A stretch of 63,899 bases of DNA, counting the filler, from Aduncisulcus paluster (taxonomy: Eukaryota): assembly GCA_024181965.1 (NCBI GenBank). It is 19 parts of 19 records of this genome, joined end to end, with 100 filler letters (N's around TTAATTAATTAA, not from the genome) between each part and the next. Parts side by side here need not be neighbours in the genome. Positions count along the whole stretch, not along the records: positions 12,223 to 39,981 come from BQXS01000448.1; 18 more parts are not named here. One strand, written 5' to 3'. Positions 12,223-24,200 of the stretch are shown piece by piece. The first letter of the stretch is position 1, and each line of letters opens with the position of its first letter. Both the position numbers and the translations under genes were made by a program. The notes under the pieces were generated by a model, which was given only the letters and a program-made list of their open reading frames with translations, did not search any database and was not told where the DNA came from.

Positions 12223-13023
12223 CACAGATTCGGAAGAGTCCTTTTTGTCACCAATCAATTGACCTATCGCATTCAATTGATTGGATATTTCTCTTATTGT
12301 TGAGAAACCGTTTTTACATCCGTCGAGCTTTAGTAGATCGCCCCCATAGCGCTGTAATCTGAATTTATAAATGGGGATGGACTCTTTCACCCATTTCAAG
12401 ACGGATTCGGCCATTTGCCTGGCCCAAAAGACAATCACTTGACTTAAATTATGGGTGGTTCCATATTTCTTTGGGTCGGACCACCACAGTGGACACAGAC
12501 TTCCTTTGATTTCTCTACCCCTCTTCGTTGCTTGAGGTTTTAACAAACAACAACAACATTCATCAATTTTTTCCTGTAATGGGAGGGGGAATCCCTTTCT
12601 GAGGTTTGGCCGGGTTTGGCCGGAAGGGGTCGGAACTCTATCTGCGAAGAGGGCGTCACAGCAGGAGAGGTAAAACAGTGGGTTATACACCCACCTCGTA
12701 TATTTGTCGGCCATTGAGCCAGCAACCACGTTTGCTACCAGAGAAGATAGTCTGGTGCAGCGATTTGCTGCGACACATTCTTCTTCGATTCTTTTTAGGT
12801 ATTGGGGATTAATTATCCTCCTTATACCACATTTTAAAGTGACATAGTTGTCTTCTGGGCGTGGTTCTACTTCTGGGGGGTCGGGTTCGTCGTGATCATC
12901 ATGTTGTTGATGATGTCGTCGCTCTGTTATATATATTAATAGAATATAGCAGAAAATTATTAATAAATGTTATATAGAATTAAACTTAAATGAAAACAAT
13001 TAATAATAATGAAACATACTCAT
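12223..13023 (-). CDS. Putative Fanzor1-like (eukaryotic TnpB-derived) protein, N-terminal part; exons 13023-13020 and 12923-<12223
   Basis: ATG A|GTATGT...AACAG|AG splicing gives MKRRHHQQH...NYVTLKCGIRRIINPQYLKRIEEECVAANRCTRLSSLVANVV...NPLFYLSCCDAL...NLSQVIVFWARQMAESVLKWVKESI. By eye this matches the order and spacing of Fanzor1 WED/REC motifs. RuvC is not in the contig. Confidence 0.55.
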
Positions 13024-13491
13024 TTTAAGAAAAACTATTTCTTGAAGAAGAGATTTTGGCGACAGAACGGGGAAAAAATTTGTATATGTGAAACAAAAAC
13101 TGTATATTTACTCAGTAGCTTCGTACTAGCCTTGTACTTTGGTAGGCTCAGGTATTTATAAGGAGAAACAACTCTTAGAGATATTGTTATCAATCCGCGA
13201 TGAATCTCTTAGTATTGGGCAAATCAGGATTGTGTCCAACCGTATTTACTATGCCAGAGGGATACATCATTGGCAAAAGGAGGCATTTGGAAGAATAAAT
13301 TTAATTTTCATCTCCATGGCTCTATTAAGCAAGCAGATAAAAATAATAAATGAATAAGGGTATCATAGGATATTAATTTTAACGTTTTTAGAATTTTGAA
13401 AAAGTCGCAGTGCGACATAGTCGCAAATAAAATTCATCTTAAACAATTTTTCCCTTGATTCAAGAAATATCATCAGGTCTTTTGGCATCGA

Positions 13492-14229
13492 ATGCCGATC
13501 TTTCTTGGTGGAGATGATAAATATAAAAGTGAATTAATTCTCCGTTCTCGAGAAGCCGAAGAAAGATTCCTACCCATTACTATATCCAAACCAAAATTAG
13601 AAGGGGTATTTTCTGAATCCAATCAAAAGAATTCCGTTAAAAAACATTCTGTGGAATCATCTGACACTGTTGTATGCCATTCTGATCATTTATATGGCTC
13701 TCCCATTTCTCGGTCAGAATCATTTTCTCTCTCTCAAATACATGAACTTTTTCATTATAAACTAAAAGAAAAATCATATGGCGCGTTAGATATGTGTCTT
13801 TCTCCATCAGACATTGATTTTTTGGATGAAGTGTGTGCTCATGAGTGCATTGAGGCATTTAATTTCATAAAATCAATTGTTAAAGATACTGTTAGCATTT
13901 CTATTTCAAAGGAAGCCGAAAAAAAGAAACATATTGATAAATTTAAACATGGGAAAAGAAGTGCTTCTTCAGCTATTTCCTTTGATGGTAGTGATGATAA
14001 AATGACTGAAAGAGAAATTATAGCAACCAATCTAAAGTCCAATCCAGGTATTATAACAGAAACAGTGTCTCTTCTTGAAGACCCTTTCCCCGAGTTTAAA
14101 ACAACAAAATCGCCGCTAGTTTTCACCAAACTCAAGAAAATCTCAAGATATACGAGTGTATATCCGCAAATAATGATTGAATATGCAAAATTAGCTGTGG
14201 CAAAGGAGAAAGAAAGAGACGTCAAATAA
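13492..14229 (+). CDS. Hypothetical protein (245 aa)
   Basis: ATG-to-TAA ORF flanked by AT-rich intergenic DNA; no motif recognised. Confidence 0.7.
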   Translation: MPIFLGGDDKYKSELILRSREAEERFLPITISKPKLEGVFSESNQKNSVKKHSVESSDTVVCHSDHLYGSPISRSESFSLSQIHELFHYKLKEKSYGALDMCLSPSDIDFLDEVCAHECIEAFNFIKSIVKDTVSISISKEAEKKKHIDKFKHGKRSASSAISFDGSDDKMTEREIIATNLKSNPGIITETVSLLEDPFPEFKTTKSPLVFTKLKKISRYTSVYPQIMIEYAKLAVAKEKERDVK

Positions 14230-14351
14230 CGTTATATTTGATGAGTTTGACATTTTGAAATTGCTTGAATAAACATAGATTTTCTATTTTGCTATAGCCC
14301 TTATCCTATCTTCTTCTTAACGAGCTGAAAGGTAATTCATGTGTTGTTTTG

Positions 14352-17300
14352 ATGGTAAAACAAACAAAAAAACAAAATACCAAGGGAAAATCTTCAAAAA
14401 AGAAGAATACAAAGAGTATGTTTTCCTAATATGCATATTTACAATTTCTTTTGCTAATTTGAATGTCTTATCTCATTCCTTGTTATTCAATGATATTATG
14501 AACTATATTTATTAACAAATTTGGCATTCATATTGTGTTAAAAATAATATTCTGGTTTTTTTGCAGAAAAAGTATCCCCTAAACCTTCAGGTGCTGATAC
14601 TCCGTCTGAACGAAGTTCAGACTATGAGGGTTCTGCTGATGACTTCATAATTTCCAAAGAATATGATGATGAATCTTCTGAGTATAGCGTTGAGTCTGAA
14701 TCTTTTGATTTTACCATTGGAAAGAGACGTTCTATTTCCAAGCCCATTAAGCGAGACATCCCATTTCAGGGTAAGAAACTTAATTTTATTCAAAGACTTT
14801 GTAACGATCTTCATGTGTGTTTTGAAAACCATACGGAACCATCGAAGAAAAACTTAATAGATCTTGTTATTTCTCTCGGTTCATCAAAAGTGCCCCAAAT
14901 CAATGTTTTACGTCGAATTCTTATTGAAAACAGTGAAGATATTTCCAATTTGATCTTTGAGTTTGTATTTGAAGAGATTTCCCACTTGTGTTCCAAGTCT
15001 TCTTCGAAATCTCCTTCTTCTGTGTCGAATATCCCAATGTATTCTAAAAATAACGTTTCTTCTCAGTGTTTGTTGTTCTGTGTTGGTCATTTATGCCAAT
15101 TATTCCCCCAATCTATTCCGGAGGCATGCATTGGTCATTTAAAAGGATTCATGTCGCATTCGAACCCCATTGCTCGTGAATTCGGCGTTTGTTTGTTTTC
15201 ACTACTCCTTTGTATGCATTGCGATAAAGAATTTTATTGCCAAGGTTTAGTCCACTTCACCCAGCCTTGTTCCTACATTCTTTCACCTGAAATCAGTGCG
15301 AAAAAGACTATTTCGGTGGGATCCGAGTCTAATATTAGTCTTCTCGAACAATATTACCCCTCTTTTCCATCAATGAATCTCTCAGATGCACAGGTTGTTC
15401 TGAAAGAGCTTCAGGGACCTTACCAAGATATTAAGGAAGGAGATGTTTCTCTCAAAGAAATCAAGGATTCCGATGAACATAAAAAGCAAGGAAAAGAGAG
15501 GGAAGAGAAAGAAGAGGAAGAAGTGGGAGACGAGAAAAGTGAAGATTCTGAATTTCTTGAGGTTGTGAGAGATATTAATTCCAATAAGCCCATTGATTCT
15601 GCTGGATCCATCCCCTTTTCGATGCCCATGAATTCCTCTCTCACTTCCCTTAGTGACACTAGCCCTTTCTCCATCCTTGACATGTTCCCCACTTCGCTCT
15701 CATCTCTTCTCCCTTCCTCTTCCCTCCCTTCTCTCATTACCCTCTTCATTGATCGTCTGTGCGACACCGATCCCTCTGTTCGGGAGTGCACGTATCGTTG
15801 CGTTAGAGTGTGTGGTTTGTGTGAAGGTGTGTTCTTTGTGAAGGGAGAAGAAGCCCTCAAAAGAATGCAAGAAAACGAACAGGAAGACATTGTTATCATT
15901 CAAGGTAAGAAAAAGAACAAGAAGCTTAACAAGAGTGGTTCTTTTATGAAAAAACAGATAAAGTCACAAGAGAAGAAATCTTTCACAAAACGATCGAATT
16001 CAACTTCTCTTGATATTAATGACCTCTTCCAGTTCTCTAGAAAGATATTATTTGCCCTCCTCGCCTCTCTTCCGACCTCCTATGGAAACCCTTCCGCTCT
16101 TAGAGAAGCAATTCGTTCCATCTGTCATGTTGTCTCATCCACGATATGCGGAATGCATGTCTTCAACAAGGAAAACAGATCCGATTCGCAGGAAAATAGT
16201 GGACCCAATTCAAGCCAGCCATTGAGATCAACACGAGACTCCAAGACAGCCCCTTGGACTCTCGGGGAACGTCTGACTATTTTTCTCTCCAGAGTGTGCG
16301 ATAGGATGCGAAAGACCCTTGAAAAATCGATAATGACGACCCATACAATTGGAGTTTGTGTTTCTTTAACGTCTCTTCTAGATATTGTTTCTGCAGCCAT
16401 GAAACAATATTCACCTAGTGAGCACTACGGTGTATTTGCCCATCTTTCTCATATGTTTGTGTCAATCCTAAATACTCTGATCTTCAGGGAGTCTAGTCAC
16501 AACTGTGAAGAAGCTGGGATATGTGTATTACATGCTTTGTGTTCATACAGAAGTCCATCTCCATTGCCATCCCTCACTCAAGATGCTGTTCCTGCCTATC
16601 TGACGCATCTTCATCGATTGAAAGAGCTTGATACCGACAATAAGCGACTTGATAGTTGGAGAAAACAATTGTATTCCTTCAATGACACGTCCAAAGATGC
16701 CATTTCCAATTGTATTGTGGAGTGTGTTCGCTTGCTCGTTTCCTCGAGAGTTATGAGAGATGAAGACAAACGAGAACAAATGAGGACTTCTGTGGATACA
16801 TTCAATCCTTCCTTGCATCCCTCCTCATCCATTGTTCCTTTCCTTCCTCTGTTCCAATTCCTCGTTCATCTCAACCATTTGGCTGACTTCTCAAAGCAAT
16901 TCTGGGCTGTCAGTTTCCGTGAAATTAAAACCCTTCTTGCTGACCGTCGAGCCAAGCGAGATAGAGAACAAGATGAAGAAGAGGAAAGAGGAGAAGGGGG
17001 AAGTGTGAAGAAGGACATAACTGATTACTTGGATAGTGATGCTCTTAGTGGCAGTGGGATGACAAGTATCTTAGCCTCATCTTCCCAAATCAATGAACAA
17101 TCCTCAACCGCTTCTTCCCAGCAAATCAACAAGAGGAAAAAGGCTCTTTTCATCAAGATCTGCCATGAACTGAATGTTGATAAGACCTCAAGGAAGAACA
17201 TTTGGGATTCCATTGAATCGAATCGCGTGAATGTATCCAAATATATGCGAAAGAGTGGGAAAATTCTGATCACGATTGAAGAAGAAGAGATAGAGAGGAT

Positions 17301-20300
17301 TGAGGACTGTGTCAAGGGCAAATCGGGAGATATATTATCTGTGGAAAGACCATGCATCCAATCCATGTTCCCTCGAGAACCATTATCCCCTGCATTGGCC
17401 AACTTTCTCTCGTATCTCCATTTTTCATGTATATTGCCCAGGAATCTGCTTACATGTGTGACCAAAGAGATTAGAATGCTTTGTTTGTCACCGTTGCAAG
17501 GCAGTTCTTCAGATCCTAAGACCTATGATAATCTTGTTGATGCCATTAAGAACCTTCCAAAGATTCATTCCCATGTGCAGCCCCAATTGTTAACATTCTC
17601 CTGGATTTCTTTCATTATTGCCAATCCTGTCAGTGTTTCTCAGGGTCTTTGTTCACACGACATTGATCGTGTCAAAAAGATATGCCTCCTTGTAATGGAC
17701 AACACCATCGCTTTGCTTTCACGCTGGGTGTCCCATTTGTCTATGATGTATTCTTTACCTTTGGACAAGGCCCTTGAGGCAGAAACAGCTGATCCATTCT
17801 CTTGTTTGGCTCCTCCTGAGAGTATTATCCCTCTTGTGTCGAATTCTGATCTTTTATTCGATCATCGCATGCAGTGGGTCCAAAATATTGTCGTAAAATG
17901 TCTTCAAACCCCCGTGGAAGATTCCAAGGAGTCGACAGAGGCCTTCGAGGTTGACAGATCCGCTGTTTATAATACAATCCACAGACTTTGCAGTATTAAT
18001 AAGTGTATTTCCACTTTATTGTGTTCGTTAGAAATGTTCTCTCTTCCGACGCCATCATTCCTGACCCTGCTCTCCTCTTTCCTTCCAATTAACCAGCGTA
18101 ACGTTGGAAGAAACAAGGTTATTGGTTCTGTTTCTGGTCTGTTCGATTCCATCTCCTCCCTTCTCCTCTCATTTCCAACTCCCTTGATGTCTGAACAACT
18201 GTGCCATTTACTAGGAATGTGTATTGAACTCAACTCTTCTTCTCGTCAAGATCCCTTGTCTCTCGTCTCATCCCCAGAGATCCAAATGTCTCCCCTCATC
18301 CGTCGTGCCTGTGGACAGCAGAAGAAGAACGAAGCTCTTCTCTCTCTCACAAGGAAAATGACCCAATATGTGTTCCCACAGACTATTTCTGCCACTAAAA
18401 GTGATACTAAATCTTCCCTCCACTCAGAGCCCCCATTCATGTTTTCTCTTACTATCCACCCGTTGTTGATTCTTTCCTCTGCCATTAATGCTCTTTCTCC
18501 CTATTCTTTCCCTGTTGAACTGAGTTCTCTGATATCTGCTAACGTTTGGAAGAAATGTATAACTCTTTCAAGAGATACAAAGGATTGGAACACAGGAACT
18601 TCAGCCAATCCAAGCCAGAGAGGCGAAGAAACTGATGCAGAAGAGGAAGATTCAGAGAATTCAGCTGGTTTTGTGACCCCTGATGCAGAAGAAGAGAAGA
18701 ATGAAAAGAATAAGAGTGCTTCTAATGATAATATTGATAAGAAAGAAGATTCTATAACCATGAAACCTGTCCGGTTATTCCTTCATTCCCTCTCAGGGTT
18801 GTTCTCTTTCTTCGTGTCTCAATGCTTCTCTTTCCAGGGCCAAGGCGTGAAACAAGAGCATGTATCAACGATTGAACACAACATTATCCTCTCCCTCGAG
18901 TGGTACGGTTCCGCCAGGACCTGGGGTTTGAAAGGATTTAATCCGTCGCTCTGTTTGACATTGGCTTCGACTGTCCGAGCAATGGGAATGAAAGCCCTCC
19001 TCTCTCTCTTCCTTAATGATTCAACGTACCGTCATCTGAGTGCCCATGCCATCCGGCTGCTTTGCGTGGCTTGCACTGAAGGTAGTGAGTGTGTGAGAGA
19101 GTGTATTCTGACACATGTGATTGATGTGGCCTACAGCGACTGTTCTCCTCGAGCCCTTGGTCTCTTGATGCTCCTGGATAGTGCATGTAGTTCATACTCG
19201 ATCCCTTCCAATTCAATACCGGAGTTCAGAGCTTGTACATCGATCCATGATTTTACTTTAGCTCATATATTGACGCTTACTCACTCGAATACTCACTGTC
19301 TGCGAACCATCAAGCATCATTTACTCGAGTTCACTGCCACCCGCTTCCCATCTCTCGTTGCAGACATCCACTCTGGTCGTAAAGTCATTGAACGTAGTGC
19401 CATTCATAATCTACATAAATTCATCTCCATGACCCTAAATCGTATGTATGCGACCTTTGTTGAGGTCAAGAAAAAGAAGCAAGAGAGAATCATTGTTCCT
19501 TACCTTCCAGACAGTGTTCTTGGCCTCTTTATTGCTGGTTGGAGTGATGCCGTGTGTGAGGACGATGGAGAATATCTCAGATACATTGACCCATTCGTCT
19601 CGATCGTTGGGTTTGAAAACGATCAAGAAAAGAATGTCTCAAGTCGTGTCTCTAAGAAGACTCCAAGAGGGAGAAGGAAATCTATGTCCTCCTCTGTTTC
19701 TAGGCATTCACCTAGTTGTACAGCAGTTTCCACTCCATCTCTAAACCTTCCTTCTCCTCCTGGCATTGTATTTACATCAACTTTCATCCATCTTTCACAC
19801 ATCCACTCGAAAACTCTCATGTTTGTCCTTGAATCAATGTGTAGAGCTCATCGTAACCCACATTTATTCTCTCTGTTGAATTCCACCCTAAGATATATCT
19901 GTCAGAGTACGTCAATTGGTCGCACAGATCAGAGGACTCACTTAAAGAAATATCCTGAAACGACTTCTTCTGCCGTGGAACGTNNNNNNNNNNNNNNNNN
20001 NNNTCTAGGCATTCACCTAGTTGTACAGCAGTTTCCACTCCATCTCTAAACCTTCCTTCTCCTCCTGGCATTGTATTTACATCAACTTTCATCCATCTTT
20101 CACACATCCACTCGAAAACTCTCATGTTTGTCCTTGAATCAATGTGTAGAGCTCATCGTAACCCACATTTATTCTCTCTGTTGAATTCCACCCTAAGATA
20201 TATCTGTCAGAGTACGTCAATTGGTCGCACAGATCAGAGGACTCACTTAAAGAAATATCCTGAAACGACTTCTTCTGCCGTGGAACGTGCTATTGTTCAG

Positions 20301-21140
20301 AAATATATTGGAAAAGGAGTGGTTGAGCAAGTTGAACGAAACACCACTGATACTGAAGGAGTAATTGGGCAGAATATATTTGTTTTGGTCTCTAAAAAAA
20401 TGTTTGAATCTGCAAATCCACATGTTGTTTCCACCAAAAGCAAGGAAGAAGAAAAGGAACATGAGGAAGAAGAGGAAGATCTGTCTGACATTCTTCCTTT
20501 CTTCGACTTCTCTCCTTCTTTAAGCCTTATTTGTCCAATATTGCATTCCATCCTATTCTCATTGCGTAGTTTATTCCCAAAAGACATGGAACTCCCCATC
20601 TCAAAGCCAGCTCCGATTCCTATCTGTTTTGGACACGTCGGGTCATCCTTGGAGGAAGTCAGAAGACGTCGTCAAGTCAGGTTTAGTATAGAATCTCTCA
20701 TTGTGAAGCCTGTGAAGCCAGAAACGGTGAAATCTGGAAAAGGGAAATCATCTCAAGTTAGTCACGATATTCAAAGCGAAGAGAAGAAGAAAAATGGAAC
20801 GAAGAAAAGCGGAACGAAGGAAACAAAGGTGAAGAAGCCATCAAAATCGAAGAAAACGTCCAAACCAAAGAGTTCCGTGTCGAAAAAGCAAAAAGAAAAG
20901 GGAAAGAAAAAGCTGTCAAAAAAATCAGAGAAAGAAAAAGAGGAAGAAACGAAGAAAAAGGCACCAAAGAAACCTAACCTAAAGGGAAATAGAAAGAAAT
21001 CGAGACCAACCCCACGAAAATTTGAAGAAGAAGATTTTTCTGAAGAAGAAGAAGAAACCGAAGCTAATTCCGAACAGAAAGTAATTTTTGATCCTGATTT
21101 ACGAAGAAGTACAAGATTACTCGCAAAAAAGTTGGAAGAG

Positions 21141-21172
<32 letters not shown>

Positions 21173-21206
21173 GGAGGAAGAGGAGGAAGAGGAACTTAAG
21201 AAGTGA
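14352..21206 (+). CDS. Very large helical-repeat (HEAT/ARM-like) protein with Lys-rich and poly-Glu tail; intron 14416-14566; interrupted by a scaffold gap
   Basis: The ATG 14352 exon spliced GTATGT...TTGCAG joins in frame to ORF 14815. HEAT-like LFIDRLCDTDPSVRECTY. ORFs 14815 and 20124 join once the overlap duplicated around the N-gap at 19984-20003 is collapsed. Confidence 0.75.
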
Positions 21207-21291
21207 TATAAATTTTATTTTTATCCGCTACTACAGATAATATCTGTAATCAATATATGTTTTCGTCGAAAACTTTTCGAAATGAACAAAT

Positions 21292-24200
21292 TTAGAGCTG
21301 AAAATACCGAATGATATGCTTTGAGAATGAAACTCCCTTCCCCATGAACTTTAATCCTTGCAATTCATCGATTGCCACACTCCCTAATAGCGTCCCATTA
21401 TCATTCAGCAGAAGTTTCAAGCAAAGCAAGTAAATATTGTAAGCATCGTTATCGACAAATTCCAATTGGAACAGTGCATCTTTCTGAGGAACTTCAATTG
21501 TTTCTTTCTTCATATCTGACGAGCAACTCGGAAGAACTTGAGTCTGTTCAACCCGCAACACGGCACTGAGTTTGGACGAACAGACTGCAAATAGCATAAA
21601 CAGGGCTGAATAATCCATCGTTTTCTTGCGGAGGACACTCAACACTTCAATCAGTAAGGACAAAGGTTTCAATCGAGGATGACAGAACCCAACAATATGT
21701 TTACCTTCCCCATCGAATAGGAGAGCAGCTAGAGCCAACATTGAGGCGCATGCATCAACAATCTTCTGATGCACTCGTGAAGGAATAGGAATGTATGGAG
21801 CCACCGCACTCAACATCTCACAAACAAGAGCCTTTGAGGACACATCAACGGTCGAATCTGCAGATCGAGATAATTTATATAATATAAAATTCAGAATATC
21901 GAATATAGCATCACAATGAGGTAAGATTGGAATAGTATTAACCAGAGTCGATGATGAAGAAGATGAGAAAGGAATCTGATCCCCATTTGAATCAAAATGT
22001 CGGCCATGTGGATCATTATTTGGACAACATGCTTGAAGAACAAAGCCATGGACAATGTGGATGAATCGATTCATCACAACCAATGAACTGAAGCACAAAG
22101 GCTCCAAATGAAGATGCTGAGGAACGCAGGAAGTGAGAAAACGAACAACAGATCGACACAATGGAAGACAAATCACAGGATCCAATGAACTCAGAGAGTT
22201 GGCCAATTCCCGCAAAGAAATCTCAGATATTCTTAGAAATTTCTGATATACAGCAACACTATCGCTGTACTGACCATGGGTTTCTTCGTGCAAAAACTGT
22301 GCAATCGTCAGCACTCTCTCGAGAAAACATAATGAAAGGAAAGTAATTTTTTCAGGAGGAGATTTGAGAATTTCTTCGGCTTTGTTAAAAAGAGCAGAGA
22401 TAATAGTGGAAACTGCCATTTTTTTCTCGACAGACAGAAATAAAATACAACAATTTGTCAAAGGAAGGGCACAAATCACATTAAAGATGCTATCAACCAG
22501 CAAAGGATCTCTCAAAACACCAGTAAATACGAAATACATGAGATTTCCAATCGTTTCTCGGCCCACAAATGAAGAAAAAATCTGTAAATATTCCATAATG
22601 ATTGGGTCTTTCCTTGCCATGAGAACCTCTTCAAAACTATAATAGAAATGATCAGAACGTTGCTTCATAACAGCAGTAATGAGGAGATTGTTCACGTAGA
22701 ACATATTATTTTTGATGGCAGTTTCATGTTTGTAAATAGATGATTCATTCATACACATCAGAAAAGAGAAAACAAAGTCAGAATAAGCGCTATCAAGGGC
22801 TGACATTGCAACGGAAGATATGGCTGTTCGTGTACGACTTGAGGAAGAACTCGCTTTGGCCATTTTCTTCTCGAATTCAGAGGATGAGATGTCTGCAGTC
22901 AGTAAGCGTTGAATCGATGAAATGGATTCAGGACAGAACAAATATGAGAAGTATCCATCAAGAACCAACTGAGCTTCAGAGTACTTCTGGTGGAAATAGA
23001 TACAATCGTCAGAGAGGGTTTGATAATGTAGTAAATTCAAGTGAGGAGAGAAGAGAATCAGAGATATCGTAAAACAACTCAATCTACAATTAAACGATTT
23101 AAGAGAAGAACCAGTGAGATATGTTATAATGTGGGCAAATAGACGCATAAAGCCTGAAAACATATGAACACCGTTTCGATGTTTCTCAAGATCCAGCAAA
23201 AAATTATCAACTGGAGTTCGAGAGTCCTGTTTTTGGTCGTGACTGAAGATAAGAGAAGGATCTGAGGAATCGATGACACAAAATTCAGGAAGCATCATAA
23301 TTGGAATTGAGTGTGCAAGGAAAGTTGTAATCTCTGTCAATAAGCGAAGGCCATCTTTCCAATGAATCTTGGAGTTTGCCGCAGACACTTGGGCAGTTTC
23401 AATGGTTGTATCAAAGAGGAATAGCATCATTTCTTCGTTTTCAAGGACTCTTTTCTGTGCTGTTGATAGGGTTCCAATAAGTTTAGCCTCAAGAACTTCA
23501 ACAGTATGGACAAACAATTTGATTGAAGGGTTCAATTCTCGACATATCTCCACCATTTTCTCCTGAAGCACCATATGTTCCTCATATTTGAGAAAATGAT
23601 ACAGATCAACATTCCTCACCATGAATGATATCAAAGCTGCAGAAAACGATAGCCATGGACCAAGGATATTCTCATTGGTGTTCTGTTTGTGAGGAATTGC
23701 AGAGATGTGAACGGCTTCTGTGAAATAAAACATAGCATTTCGAAGCAAGATTTGAGCACGGCACAGAGATATCATATCTTCCTCAGAAATACTGGCAATA
23801 CCGTAACATTGATACAGGTGTTCAACATAAAGAACAATGTTTGCTTGCGAATAAAATGAAGAGTTCTTGAGCTTTTCTTGGATGTGTTCTTGAAGACTTT
23901 TGTTATCAATTGTTTTGCCTTCAACAACAGCGGGAATAATCGAAATTGTGCCATCTTTCGTCTTTTTGCTGCTCAAAGATTGTTCTTCAGCATCTTCCTC
24001 TCCCAATTTCCCCTTCAATTTCCCTTTATGATCTTGTTTTAATTTTGTTCCTCGATCGTCCTCTTCTTCATCATGATCTTTCCCTTCCTTTGTTCCAGAA
24101 TCAAGCCTTTTCACAGACCTCTGGCGTATGGTAGAATAAGAATGGGAACATATCCAAGAAGGCAGCGAATGATATGAATGTTTAACTAAAAATGAAGCAA

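Noticed and set aside
19699-20288. Direct repeats flanking 20-N gaps (also near 27523, 31163 and 49648)
   Set aside because: Unmerged contig overlaps from scaffolding; the second SmD1, calpain and LRR pieces are not separate genes.
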